Source: Paramoeba atlantica (Eukaryota > Protista > Discosea). From it: a stretch of 64,000 bases of DNA. The notes under the pieces are model-generated. The model saw only the letters and a program-made list of their open reading frames with translations. It ran no database searches and was not told where the DNA came from. Position numbers and translations under genes: made by a program. How positions within the stretch are numbered: the stretch's first letter is position 1; the number at the start of each line of letters is the position of its first letter. Below, piece by piece: positions 49,321-62,996 of this stretch. The DNA is taken from assembly GCA_977017575.1 (NCBI GenBank), contig CDRNVI010000182.1, forward strand, positions 121,269 to 185,268. Direction: 5' to 3'.

Positions 49321-49627
49321 ATAAATGGCTTAAATGTGAATCAGAGCATCACAGTTTACATAGTCATAAGCCTTGCAAAAGTCAGTTTGAAGAAGAGTAA
49401 TATCTTATCCATCAGCCAAAGCTTCATAGAAAGCATCATAAATAGTTTCTACAGCTGCATCAATTGATTTCCCCTTGAACATTGCATGTTGAGTATTAGA
49501 GATTACTCCACTTGCAATTTCAGAAAACCAAAGAACCCAATATCATATTACAATTTGATAATCAGAGTTTGTTACACTTATAGGTCTGAACTGATCAGGG
49601 TGAGGAATGTTCTCAACCTTGGGAATC

Positions 49628-50051
49628 AATTGTAGCATGATGGCTTAGTTGGTAAAACAGCTATTGCTTCAATTCAGGGTTGCAGGTTCAAATCCCAAAG
49701 AGGAAAATATTAAAAATATTAAAAACATAATTGTGGTATGATAGCTTAGTTGGTAAAACAGCTATTGCTTCAATTCAGGGTTGCAGGTTCAAATCCCAAA
49801 GAGGAAAATATTAAAAACATTATTTTCTCTTCCTGCTCACTTGAATGTGAAAAACAAAACAGGTTATTCTCTGCTTTATCTGCTAAAAAGCAGAGAATAA
49901 ATTCTTTGAAAAGGAGTTTAAGTGAATTAAAGGTTTTTGAACTATTTGAACCTAAAGAGGTGAAACTCTATCCTTATTATTTTTAACCTTAAAAAATTAG
50001 TGGCTTTGGGTTAGGCTATCATCTAATAAAGTCTAGTGTTAAAAAGAAAAA
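49628..50051 (+). mobile_element. SINE family A with a tandemly duplicated tRNA head
   Basis: Head at 49628 and again at 49729. Perfect TSD AACCTTGGGAATC on both sides of the whole unit. Confidence 0.92.
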
Positions 50052-51965
50052 AACCTTGGGAATCAAACACAATTAGCTTTCTCCAAAGAAGTCAGGGAAT
50101 TTCATACTTTCTCCTGCTTGTTGGATCAGTTCAACCCACATCTCTTGATATTTCTTATAAATTTTCTGATAGAGGGAGAAGGAAATTCCATCAGGGCCTG
50201 CACTGGTATTGTTGGCTTGAAGGAGTAGCTTCTCAACTTTCAGAAGGTCTACTGTATGATTTTCAGAGTCTGGAAAGTGGAAGGGGTGGTTGTTAAGAAG
50301 TTCATCAAGGGCTTTAAGATCATAAAAACATTCAGTTCCCAAAAGATCACCCCAAAAGCCTTTAATAGCTTCTCTCATAGTAGATGAGTCATGAGACAAG
50401 ATGTCATCAACAATCACTCCTCTCACCTTGGGGGAGACCAACTTTAATCATCTAAGAAATAATCTTTAATCTCCATTTCTGCCCTTTCAAAGGGTTATTC
50501 CAATTCTCAGCAGCTGCTTCTCTCAGTTCAGCTTCTAAGGAGGTGAAGGGGTGGGCTAGGCTATCCTTTCTAAGGATTCAAGTTGTTCTTAGTTTCTTAA
50601 CTAAAGTTTGCAGTTTCCAAAATTTCTTAAAGAAATGAGCTTCCTTGTGCTTGTTCTTCCACAGAGCAGTTAATCTCCAGGCTTCAGATTTCATTTTATT
50701 AAAACAGATTACAAAGTCACTTACAGAGTAGTTTCCAACAGCTTCAAAAAGAGCAAAAATAAATTTGGGATTATTAATTAGATATTCAGGAATCTTCTTC
50801 TTCTGAGAGTTGATCTTTTACTCTTTTACACTAGCCCCTCCAATCATTACAATATGATCTTTGAATCCAAATGGGATTGCATTCACAAACAAATGATCTT
50901 CAGGAGCCTTAGAGAGAAAGAAGATGTGGTCAATGCATTGACCTTGAAAATGGGTAAGTTCTAACCAGTTGAGGCAAGATAGATTCAAATCAGAGAGGTG
51001 TTCAATTAATTTCTGGCAATTGGTTTCATTTAAGTTCCAATTGAGATCCCCAACTAGAATATTTTTGTTCTGGGGAGAAAAAAACCAGGAGAATTCTTCT
51101 ATTAGGTGTTTTAGTTTCAGACCAGGGTGGTGATAAACATTGAGGGCTGAGAATTCTTGATTTTGGATGAAAACTTTTAAACCAAACAATCTACCTTCAT
51201 TTTTCTCAAAAAAGAAGGGAGAGGGATCTCTCAATCCTTCCACACATCTAATTCCAATCACAAGGCCACGTTTCCTCTTAAAGAAGAAGTTATGAAACCA
51301 AATGTACTTCCTCAAGTGGTTCTTGAGATGATCAAGATCATTTTCAGATGTTGCATGGGTTTCCTGGAGGAAGATGAACAAGAGCCAGGAGCTAGCTGCC
51401 ATTCTCTTGCAGATCTTGAGTTTTTCTTCATTTTGCAACCTATTTATATTCCAGGAGAGAACTCTTAGGTCAGGGAACTGAGAAAAATGACAAATTTGGG
51501 GTAACTCAGGGGGATTGGATTTCAGAGCAAGGATTTGAGAATCACACAGTCTCTCTTGGGGGAAAGGGGAGTTGAGGGAGGTGGGGGGATTGAAGAGTTG
51601 AGAGATTAGTTGGGATTTGTTGACAATTGTTAAAGGAGGGGGTTGAAGTTGAACATTAGATCTCAGGGAGAGGGGTTGAAGGAGTCCATATTTTCTGATA
51701 TTTTGATTATTCTTTTTTCCTTTTTTTTTCTTTTTATTCACCATCTTTTGTTCTATCTTTTGGTATTTCTTTCCTTTTTTTTAATTAACTTCTGACTTAG
51801 AACTTTCTTTTGACTTTTTTTTTTTTTTTCTTTTTTCTTTAAACTTTTCTTCTTTTTTCTTTTAAACAATAGAGAAGCTTCCCTGAGGGTCATCAGGAGA
51901 CAATTTTGGGCTTCCATCAAGGTCAGCATCTTGAAATCAAGAGGGAAAGGGGGAATCAGTAATTT

Positions 51966-52284
51966 AATTGTGGTATGATGGCTTAGTTGGTAAAACAGCT
52001 ATTGCTTCAATTCAGGGTTGCAGGTTCAAATCCCAAAGAAGAAAATATTAAAACATTATTTTCTCTTCCTGCTCACTTGAATGTGAAAAACAAAATAGAT
52101 TATTCTTTGCCCTGTCTACTAAAAAGCAGAGAATAAATTCCCTGAGAAGGAGTTTAAGTGAATTAAAGGTCTTTAGACCATTTGAACCTAAAGAAATGAA
52201 ATTCTATCCTTGTTATTTTTAACTTTAAAAAATTAGTGGCTTTGGGTTAGGTCATTACTTAATAAAGTCCAGTGTTAAAAAGAA
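51966..52284 (+). mobile_element. SINE family A
   Basis: Full head and tail. Degenerate TSD aaagggggaatcagtaatt / aaaaggggaatcaacaatt. Confidence 0.88.
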
Positions 52285-52514
52285 AAAGGGGAATCAACAA
52301 TTCTTTGACCATTGCTAGAATGAGAACTGAATGAAAAAGTTGAAAATTCATGTTTGTCTGAATTACTAAAAGAGGTAGTGTTTTTCTAGTTTTGCAGGCT
52401 GGTAATGTTCTTTTTCTGGGTTGCTATTTTGGCTTGTGATCTAGGAACTTTATCAAAGACATCTTCAGAGGGAAGGACACTTTGGACACCAGTGGAGGAA
52501 GAAGGGAGAGGGAC

Positions 52515-52831
52515 AATTGTGGCATGATGGCTTAGTTAGTAAAACAGCTATTGCTTCAATTCAGGGTTGCAGGTTCAAATCCCAAAGAGGAAAATATTAA
52601 AAATATTATTTTCTCTTTCTGCTCACTTGAATGTGAAAAACAAAACAGATTATTCTTTGCCCTGTTTGCTAAAAAGCAGAGAATAAATTCCCTGAGAAGG
52701 AGTTTGAGTGAATTAAAGGTTTTTAGATCATTTGAACCTAAAGAAGTGAAACTCTATCCTAGTTATCTTTAATCTTAAAAAATTAGTGGCTTTGGGTTAG
52801 GCCATTACCTAATAAAGTCCAGTGTTAAAAA
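52515..52831 (+). mobile_element. SINE family A
   Basis: Full head and tail. TSD gaagaagggagagggac / gaagaagggggagggac (1 mismatch). Confidence 0.92.
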
Positions 52832-52929
52832 GAAGAAGGGGGAGGGACACCAGTGGAGGAAGAGGAAGAAGGGACACCAGTGGAGGAAGATGGGAGAGGA
52901 ACACCTCTAGAGTTTCTCACTTTGCTACT

Positions 52930-53789
52930 TTTTTTCTTTTTAACACTGGACTTTATTAGGTGATGGTTTAACCTAAAGCCACTAATTTTTTAAGGTTAAA
53001 GATAATGAAGATAGAATTTCACCTCTTTTTTTTCTTTTTAACACTGGACTTTATTAAGTGATAACTTAACCCAAAGCCACTAATTTTTTAAGGTTAAAAA
53101 TAATAAAGATAGAGTTTCACCTCTTTAGGTTCAAATGGTCTAAAGACCTTTAATTTTTTTTTTTTTCTTTTTGAGGTAAACTTTATTTAATTAGTAGTTC
53201 TTAATTTAAGCCATTTGAATTACATTAAATTTAGTTTGTTTTTAACCTCTAACAAGAAGTAAAGTTTTAAACTTCAACTTAGTTCAGTCAGTCTTTATAC
53301 TGAACTTTAGAACTTCTGCAAGTTCAGGCTGGAGGATGCACATCAGAAGGGAGAATAATTCAAAGTTCCTTTCAAAGGAATTTATCCTCAACTTTTTAGC
53401 AGACAGGGCTAAGATGTAATCTGTTTTGATTTTCACACTTCTTCAAAAGCTCCTCACTCCAATCAAATCACTCTACAGCACCAGAAAAATTTTCCATAAT
53501 ATTGAAAAACTGGAATTTGAACTCACCCCCCCAGGGTTGGACATAGTTGAATTTATAACTAAACTACGAGCACCAACTAAAAGACCTTTAATTCACTTAA
53601 ACTCCTTCTCAGGGAATTTATTCTCTGCTTTTTAGCAAATAGGGCAGAGAATAACCTATTCTATTTTTCACATTCAAGTGAGCAAGAAGAAAAAATAATA
53701 TTTTTAATATTTTCCTCTTTGAGATTTGAACCTGCAACCCTGAATTGAAGCAATAGTTGTTTTACCAACTAAGCCATCATGCCACAATT
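52930..53789 (-). mobile_element. SINE family A (53027-53789, interrupted by SINE B) plus an adjacent 5'-truncated SINE A tail (52930-53026)
   Basis: Two A-family tails in tandem and one head ending AATT at 53786-53789. Degenerate TSD cactttgctactttttt / cactctgtcactttttt around the whole unit. Confidence 0.85.
53156..53578 (-). mobile_element. tRNA-derived SINE family B nested in SINE A
   Basis: 14-bp TSD AAAGACCTTTAATT (53142-53155 / 53580-53593). Collinear with 38813-39236. Confidence 0.92.
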
Positions 53790-53889
53790 CACTCTGTCAC
53801 TTTTTTCTTTTTTCACAAGAATGGTTTTAGAAATTGTATTCGATTTTTTAACTTTCAATATTTTATCTGTGTTGTCTTTCAATTTCTTT

Positions 53890-54209
53890 TTCTTTTTAAC
53901 ACTGGACTTTATTAGATGATGGTTTAACCCAAAGCTACTAATTTTTTAAGGTTAAAAATAATGAGGATAAAGTTTCACCTTTTTAGGTTCAAATGGTCCA
54001 AAGACCTTTAATTCACTCAAACTCCTTCTCAGGGAATTTATTCTCTGCTTTTTAGCAAATAGGGCAAAGGATAATCTGTTCTATTTTTCACATTCAAGTG
54101 AGCAGGAAGAGAAAATAATGTTTTTAATATTTTCCTCTTTGGGATTTAAACCTGCAACCTTGAATTGAAGCAATAGCTGTTTTACCAACTAAGCCATCAT
54201 GCCACAATT
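53890..54209 (-). mobile_element. SINE family A
   Basis: Full head and tail. 14-bp TSD TTCAATTTCTTTTT. Confidence 0.9.
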
Positions 54210-55899
54210 CAATTTCTTTTTGCTTTGCCTCACTTTTTCCCTATCTTTATTGATTATTTTTCCTGTTTCTTCAGCTAATAATTGTCTTGGTCTTTTCCTG
54301 AATCTAGCTGTGTTTGAAGCAATAAATTTAACCATTTCAATCAAAACTTGTTGAAGTTTTTCATTCAGTAATTTATATTTCCTGTTTTTGAGGTTTGTAA
54401 CTGTTTTTTTGAGTTTTTTCATTTTCTGCTTCTACCTAAATTTGGTTGGAAGATCCCCCAGCCATGCCCAAGCTTCCTCATCCATACTGAAACTCATTTC
54501 TTTGATCTTTCCTCCTTCCAAGGGGACTTTCACTGTGATTGATCCATCCCTCTTCCCCTCTTCCTTGTTTTCTTCCTCACTATCAACTTCTTTCCCTCTG
54601 ATCATAATTATATCTTTGTCACCATCCTCTTCCCTTCTTTCCTGTTCATTCACTTCCCTCTTTTCTTGTTCATTCTTACCTTCTATTTCAGAGCTATTGC
54701 TCATTCCTTCCTCCTTGCTCTCCATTCCAGCAATTTCAACTTTTTTCTTAGGGATCCATTCTTCAGTTGGCTTTTCTTTTTCATAAATAAATTTCATTCC
54801 TTCATACTTCTTTGCATTTGTGATCATGATTTGATCTTTCTTGAAACTAAAGCTTTGTTGCTCATCTTCAAAAAGCTTGCTAATAGCATCTTCACCTTGT
54901 TTCCAGATGATTTTTGTAGTGCAAGTAAGGCTCACAAGATGGTTTACTCCACATAAGGAGCACTCAACAAGGAGGTGGTATGGTTTGATAAGCATTCAAA
55001 TGGAACACTTGACTTTACTCAAGGTGTTGATTTGGATGAATCCTTTGGTCTTGGCAATAAGGTGGACTAGAGAGAGGAGGATGGACTTATAGAAGATGAT
55101 GATGCAGTCATCAGAGACTTGTACCATTTCTTTAAAATTGAGAGAGGAAAGGTGGTCCTCTCCATTAAATAAATTGTAAATCCACTCATTCTCTGAGACT
55201 TGGTAAGGGAGTTTGATCTTGATCCCCCACAAATGGGTATTATGATTGATTCTCCAAATACAAGAACTCTCAAGTTGGTTGATGATCAGGTTTCCTTTCT
55301 CTTCAATAATAGATTGAATCATGAGGACATCTTCCTCTTTGTGGGCAAGGATAGCATAGTGTTTAGCCCTTGCCTCCACTCTAATACTTCCCTTGAGGTT
55401 GGTTTGGCTTTCAATAGCTCTCAGGAAGTTGGGGAAGATAGAGATCTCATTGGGGAAGGCAAAAGCTTCTACTGGGAAGAGGGGGCATACTCTGGCTCCT
55501 TTGATGAGAGTCAGGTTAAGTTTGGTAGCAAGGCAAGTGGACAGGGAGGCATTCTTAATATCAATCATTTCCCAAAGCTTGGCAATTGTTTGGTTTATAC
55601 CTGGGACTGCTTTTTTCAGAAATAATGGTATTGAATTAGTGTTTCCTCCAGCAACTCTGTTGAAAAACAGGTTAGAGCTTTTGGAAGACATAATTGGATA
55701 GAGTAAGTTGAGAGCTATCAGCAGATATGCTCAGCTCCCTGTGGGGTGGTCTTCTACCATAGCAAACTTGAGAAAGGGAAGATAACAGCAAAAAAAAACC
55801 CTCAAATGATTCCTAAGGATTTTTTTTTAAGTCTACTGTATGATTTTCAGAGTCTTTATATCAATCATCTCCCAAAGCTTAGCAATTGTTTGGTTCATA

Positions 55900-56569
55900 T
55901 GTTGGAGTGAGATCTGCTTCCAATACAGAAGTTGTGCCTTTCAGTGCCTTTTCAGTGCCTTTAGAACCTTCCCTGAGCTTCCCCAGGCTTCCTTGAGCCT
56001 CCTTGAGCCTTCCCTGAGCTTCCTTAATGCCTTTTATCATGAGTTTTAGTCCTTTCAGAGAGCTCTGAGCCTCACAGACAGCCATGTACCATTTTATTAT
56101 AATTTTAGCTAAAATCATAAGATTTTTTGTGTTCTTTTTATTCAATTTTCATGTTTGTGTTTTGCCCCCTTTTTCTTGCTGCTTTGCTGCTTTCTACCTT
56201 TTTTCTGCTTTCTTGTCACTTTCTCTCTTTTTTTCTGCTTTCCTTTGTGATTTTTTGGCTTGCTTTGCTTGCTTTCTGTTTTTTTCTTTTGTTGTTATCA
56301 TCTTTTGTTGCTTTCTTCCTTCTTTGGTTGCTGTGTTGACTTGGGATTCTGATTTAAGTTGAGTTTCAGCAATTCTGTGCTTTTCTCAGTTGTGATTCCT
56401 TTTGTTGTTCTTCTTTTTGCTTTTTTGTTTCCTTGTTGTTGTTTTCTTGTTCTGTTAGTGTTGGCTGGAGATCCTTCTTATAAAGGTTTTAATTCAAAGT
56501 TTCTGTTTCTCTTTCTTTTCTCTTGTTTTCTCTGTTGATTCTGCTCCCCTCCTCACATCTATTCTCACA
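55900..56569. mobile_element. Solo LTR, inverted-repeat counterpart of 32898-33567
   Basis: Reverse complement of the left-arm copy at the same insertion site, with the same TSD. Confidence 0.9.
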
Positions 56570-59500
56570 CATACCTGGAACTGTTTTTTTCAGGAATAAT
56601 GGTGTTGAATTAGTGTTTCCTCCAGCAACTCTGCTGAAAGACAAGTTAGAGCTTTTGGAGGATATAATTGGATAGAGTAAGTTGAGAGCTATCAGCAGAT
56701 ATGCTCAACTTCCTGTGGGGTGGTTTTCTACCACAGCAAACTTGAGAAAGGGAAGATAATAGCAAAAAAGAACCCTCAGATAACTTCTAAGGGTTTTTTT
56801 TTTTTTTAGTTTCCTTTCTCTTCAATAATAGATTGGATCATAAAGCTATCTTCCTCCTTGTGGGCAAGGATGGCATAGTGTTTGGTTCTTGCCTCCACTC
56901 TAATACTTCTCTTGAGGTTGGTTTGACTTTCAATAGCTCTCAGGAAGTTGGGGAAGGTAGGAATCTCATTGGAGAAGGCAAAAGCTTCTACTGGGGAGAG
57001 GGGGCATACTCTGGCTCCTTTAATGAGAGACAAGTTGAATTTGGTAGCAAGGTGAGTGGAAAGGAAGGCATTCTTAATATCAATCATCTCCCAAAGCTTA
57101 GCAATCATTTGGTTCATATTTGAGACTGCTTTTTTCAAAAATAGTAGTATTGAATTAGCATTTCCTCCAGCAACTCTGTTGAAAAACAAGTTAAAGCTTT
57201 TGGAAAACATAATTGGATAGAGTAAGTTGAGAACTATCAGCAGATATGCTCAGCTCCCTGTGGGGTGGTCTTCTACCACAGCAAACTTGAAAAAGAGAAA
57301 ATATCAGCAAAAAAGAACCCTCAGATGATTTCTAAGGGTTTTTTTTTTAGAAGAAGGAGGATATCTTCATGATCCAATCTATTATTAAAAAGAAAGAAAA
57401 CCTGATCACCAACCAACTCAAGAGTTCTTGTATTTGGAGAGTTAATCATGATGCCCATTTGTGGGGGATCAAGATCAAACTCTCTTTTCAAATTTCAGAG
57501 AATGAGTGGATTTACAATTTATTCAATAGAGAACCACCTTCCCTCTCTCAATTTCAAAGAAGTGGTACAAGTCTCTGAAGACTGCATCATCATCTTCTAC
57601 AAATCCATTCCCCTTTCTCTAGTTTGCCTTATTGTCAAGACCAAAAAATTCATCCAAATCAATATTTTGATTAAAGCCAAGTGTTCCATTTGAACACCAA
57701 CCAAACCATACCACCTCCTTATTGAGTGCCCCCTCTGTGGGGTAAACCATCTTACAAGCCTTACTTGCACTGTAGAGATCATCCAGAAACAAGGAGAGGA
57801 TGCCATCAGCAAGCTTTTTGAAGAAGAGCAACAAAGCTTTAGTCTTGAGAAAGATCAAATCATGATCACAAATGCAAAGAAGTATGAAGAAATGAAATTT
57901 ATTGATGAAAAAGAAACATCAACTAAAGAACAATGCCTTAAGGAAAAAGATAAAATTGCTGAAATGGAGAGTGAGAAGAAAGAAATGAGCAAAGGTTCTA
58001 AAACACAAGGTAAGAATGAACAAAGAAAGAGGGAAGTGAATGAACAGAAAAGAAGAAAAGAGGATGGTGATGGAGATATAATTATAATCAAAAGAAGAAA
58101 GACTAATAGTAAGGAAGAAAACAAGAAAGAAGAGAAGAGTGATGGGTCAGTCACAGTGAAAATCCTTTTGGAAGGAGGAGAGATTGAGGAAATAAGTTTT
58201 GGTATGAGTGAGAAAGCTTGAGCATGGCTGGGGAATCTTCCAACCCAATTCAGGTGGAAGCAGGGAATGAAAAAACTAAAAAAAATAGTTACAAACCTTG
58301 AAAATAGCAAATATAAATTACTGAACAAAAAGCTTCAATAAGTTTTAATTGAAACAGTTCAATTTATTACTTCAAACACAGCTAAATTCAAGAAAAGACC
58401 AAGACAATTATCAGCAGAAGAAACAAGAGAAATAATCAATAAAGATAGAGAAAAAGTAAGGCAAAGCAAAAAGAAATTGAAAGGCAATACAAACAAAATG
58501 TTAGAAGCTAAAAAATTGAATATAATTTCCAAAACCATTCTTGCAGGGAAGGAAAAAAATAACAGGATGAGAAATTCTAGAGGTGTTTCTTTCTCTTCTC
58601 CCTCCACTGATGTCCCCTTCCCTTCTCCTTCCACTAATGTTACTTCCCCTTCTTCCTCCACTGGTGTCCCTTTCCTTGCTTCTTTCACTGGTGTCCAGAG
58701 TGTCCCTCTCTCCAAAAATGTCCTTGATGGAGTTCCTGGATCACAAGCTAAAAAAATAACCCAAAAAAAGAACATTGTTACTGGTCTACAAAATCAAAAA
58801 AACATTATCTTTTTTAGTAATTTAGATGAACATGAATTTTCAACTTTTTCATTTGGTTCTCATTCTGGCAATGGCCAAAAAATTGCTGATTCTCCCTTTC
58901 CCTCTTGTTCTTGGGATGCCAGTCTTGATGGAAGCTTAAAATCATCCCCAAATGACCCTCAGGAAAGCTTTTCTATTGTTTAAAAGGAAAAGAGGAAAAG
59001 TTTAAAGAAAAAAAGGAAAAAAAAAAAAGAAAAAACCAGAAAAAAAAGGAAAAAAGTTGAAAAAAAGTTCTAAGTTGGAAGTTAATTAAAAAAAAAAGAA
59101 AGAAATACCAGAAGATAGAGTGAAAGATGGTGAACAAAAAGAAAAAAAAAGAAAAAAAGAATAATCAAAATATCAAAAAGTATGGATTCCTTTAATCTCC
59201 CCCCTTGAGATTTGATGCTCAACTTCAACCCTCTCCTTTGATGGTTGTCAATAAGTCCCAACTAATTTCTCAACTTTCTATTCCCCCCACCTCCCTCAAC
59301 TCCCCTTTCCCCCAAGAGAGACTTTGTGATTTTCAAATCCTCTCTCTGAAATCTAACCCTCTTAATTTACTCCAAATTCAATGTTTTTCTTGTTTCCCTA
59401 ACTTGAAAGTTCTCTCCTGGAATATAAACAAGCTTCAAAATAAAGAAAAACTCAAGATCTGTAAAAAAATAGCAGCTAGTTCCTGCCTTCTATTCTTTTT

Positions 59501-62500
59501 TTTTTTCCACTAAACATCAGAAAATGCTATTAATTTATTAAAGTAAAAAACCATCATATAGATAGAAAAGATAGTTTAGGTTTTACCAATTGGTAACATA
59601 GACATGGTTAATAATATTTAAATTAATTAATTTTTAAAATAGTTAGTTAATCTTCATCATCACTTGGAGAAAGTTTACCTTCTTTAAAGATTACATATCT
59701 TTTTTTTTTTTTTTCTTTTCTTTCTGTTCTTTTTATTATCCAACATACTTTCATATAACTTGTCACTTAGGATTGAAGTAGAATATATATTATAGAGGTT
59801 TTTAGAAAGGGCTACAGGTGTTATCAAGGTTCCATCAAAAGAGAGAGGTTTGGAGAAGTATACCACTTGAATTGTAATCACTAAACCTTGAAATTTCCTC
59901 AAGAGTGTAGAAAAAGGGATAGAATAACTTTAATTATACTTAAGGAAGTTGTTCAATTTATTTTTTCTTTTTAACACTAGACTTTATTAGGTAATGATCT
60001 AACCCAAAGCTATTAATTTTTTAAGGTTAAAGATAATGAGGATAGAGTTTCACTTCTTTAGGTTTAAATGGTCCAAAGACCTTTAATTCACTTAAACTCC
60101 TTCTCAGGAACTTTATTCTCTGCTTTTTAGTAGATAGAGTAAAGAATAACCTGTTCTGTTTTTCACATTCAAGTGAGTAAGAAGAGAAAATAATATTTTT
60201 AATATTTTCTTCTTTGGAATTTGAACCTACAACCCCAAATTGAAGCAATAGCTATTTTATCAACTAAGCCATCATGCCACAATTGGGGTTGTTTAGTTTA
60301 GTCTATAAAAAAGAGTTATCAACAATCCATTTTTCTTCAGTTTTTCCAACTTATCTAATACAAGGATTCCATTTGAGATCATTAACAGCAGCTATTCCAT
60401 CCATAACTGACCAACTAACAGCAGTAGCAATAGCATCAGTATGTTTGTTGAGTTTATAAAAAATATGAATAAATTCAATATTTTCAAATCTAACAGCAGT
60501 TGCTCTAATCTCAATCAACAGGAGGTTAAGTTCATGGTTACTAATATTGTGATTCTTAGAAACTGCCTTAATTAATATCATATAATCACCAACAATTTAG
60601 ATATGAGAACCCAAACCTCTTGCACTCTTTAATCTCAAGAGACAGCTTTTGAATTCATTAACATTATTTGTACTAAAGAAAATAGTTTCAACATCAATCA
60701 GAATTTCCTTTCCATCTCTGAAAATAGCATAGCTAGCACCACCAAGGTGAGAATCAGTACAACTTGAACCATCATAGAAAACTTGTAAGTCTTTAAACTT
60801 GAACTTTTCAATCTCTCTCTTTTTCTTTGCAGAGGTTGGGTTTTTACAAAGAGGTTTGGGAAGGAATTTGTTCTTTTTTAAGATTTTGTAAAAGATATCA
60901 ATAGCATACTCAGCAAATTGAGATCTTTCAGCACACACAGTTATTCACAGTGTAAGTAAGACAGCACTCACTATTGAGGTGAAGAGGTTTGAGCAGTATT
61001 GAACAGTAAGTTCACACACAAAGAAAGAGGATTCTCAAGATGGAAGTTTCAACTTTATGCAGCTTTGTCCCATCTTTTTTCTTTTTAACACTGGACTTTA
61101 TTAGGTAATAGTCTAACCCAAAGCCACTAATTTTTTAAGGTTAAAAATAATAAGGATAGAGTTTCACTTCTTTAGATTTAAATGGTTCAAAGACCTTTAA
61201 TTCACTTAAACTCCTTTTCAGGGAATTTATTCTCTGCTTTTTAGCAAATAGGGCAGAGAATAACCTATTCCATTTTTCATATTCAAGTGAGCAAGAAGAA
61301 AAAATAATATTTTTAATATTTTCTTCTTTGGGATTTGAACCTGTAACCCTGAATTGAAGCAATAGTTATTTTACCAACTAAGCCATTATGCCACAATTAG
61401 CTTCATTCCATCTTCTCAAGGTAGCTTTTAGCACAAATACAAGTTTCAAGGAGGTGGGTTTAAGATTCTTTTTCTTTCTTACATAATCAACAGGTAGGAG
61501 GTTTCAAAGTAAAATGGGAGATCTTATCCATTATAGAGAGATCATGAATCAAGAATTTGGTAAGATTTCATTGGAGCTGAGGTTTAAAAGTATAAGCTAA
61601 GTTGTAGACAATACATTTGATCTTTCCATCCTCTTGGTAGATATCTTCAAGCACAATAGGTACTTGATGAGAAAGGGAATTATAGTTTGTTTTGGTTAAG
61701 CCTCCCAAAGTCACTTCTTTAGAGATTTTTGAAGCAGCAGAGTAAGCATCAAGTCTCATAGCTCCAATGGCCAAGAGATTCTTGTATTCATAACTTAAAG
61801 GTTTATAAGAGATAAAAAGAGCACAATTGAAGAGAATGAAATGGTGAACCTGACATTTACTACCCATAAGAGAATGGCAAGCAGTCAGAATGGTGGTTTT
61901 TAGATTGGCATATGCTCCCAAGGCAGCTTGAATGAGTTTCCATACTATCACAGATATAGATTGGAGGATAAGTTTAAAGCAGGCCAAGTAACCCATACAG
62001 GGAATTAAGTAGGTGTTAATTATCCTTACTTTTACTGCAAAGGGCCCTCCTTGATTTTTAATGGCCTTACTTACTCCTTGCATCTTTTCACATACTTTAA
62101 ATCAATCCTTCTTTAATTCCATCTTACAGCTTATTCACACACCTAAATAAGTTATCTCATTGCTTTTAAAGTTGGTTTTGGGCATTGCAGACCAAGGGCC
62201 AGAAGGTTTATACATTTGAGTTATCAAAACAAAGCACTTTGAGTAATTCAAGAGAGCACCAGTTGCCTTTTTATACTTCTGAAAAGTGGGGATCAAGAGG
62301 TTAATGGTGTTAACTTTTTTCAAGAGTAGTCCAAGGTCATCCATGAAACCAAAGAGCTTCTCAAGAGGGTGGTTCTTGTTGAGGCTCACCAGCAATAAAT
62401 CAAAGATAATTAAGAAGAGAAGAGGGGAGATTGGGCAGCCTTGTTGAACTTCAGTTCTACTGGTAATAAAGTTAGCTGGAGAGGAGCTAGGTTTCCCTTC

Positions 62501-62996
62501 AATTGAGGGTAACCAAGTTTTAGAGGGGTGGAGTACTTTCTCAATTACAAAGATAGCTTGGAAAGAAGCCTTCAATCTCTTCAAGATGTGAATTAGAGCA
62601 TCACAGTTTACATAATCATAAGCCTTGTAGAAGTCAGTTTGGAAGAATAATATTTTGTTTATTGGCCAAAGTTTCATAGAAGACATCATAAATTGTTTTC
62701 ACAGCTGCATTAATTGATTTCCCCTTAAACATTGCATGTTGAGTATCAAAGATTACTTCACTTGCAATTTCAGAAAACCAAAGAGCTTAATATTGCATTA
62801 CAATTCAATAATCAGAGTTTGTTACACTTATAAGTCTGAACTGGTTAAAGCAAGAAATGTTCTCAACCTTGGGAATCAAATACAATTAGCTTTCTCCAAA
62901 GAAATTAGGGAATTTTATACTCTCTCCTACTTGTTGAATCAATTTAATCCACATCTTTTGATATTTCTTATAAGTTTTCTAATAGAGGGAGAAGAG

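Larger units (their letters stand above)
49325..55828 (-). mobile_element. Most complete LINE copy: 5' end, ORF1, APE endonuclease, linker, RT N-terminus; riddled with SINEs
   Basis: A-run-TCCTTAG 5' end at ~55828. ORF1 MSSKSSNLFFNRVAGG with CSLCGVNH knuckle. Endonuclease ORF 50818..51744 with VLSWNIN, FLQETH, LNVY, VGDLN, IDHIF, DH. Then SAGPDG, FRPISVTN and QTDFCKAYDYV at ~49370. Confidence 0.93.
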
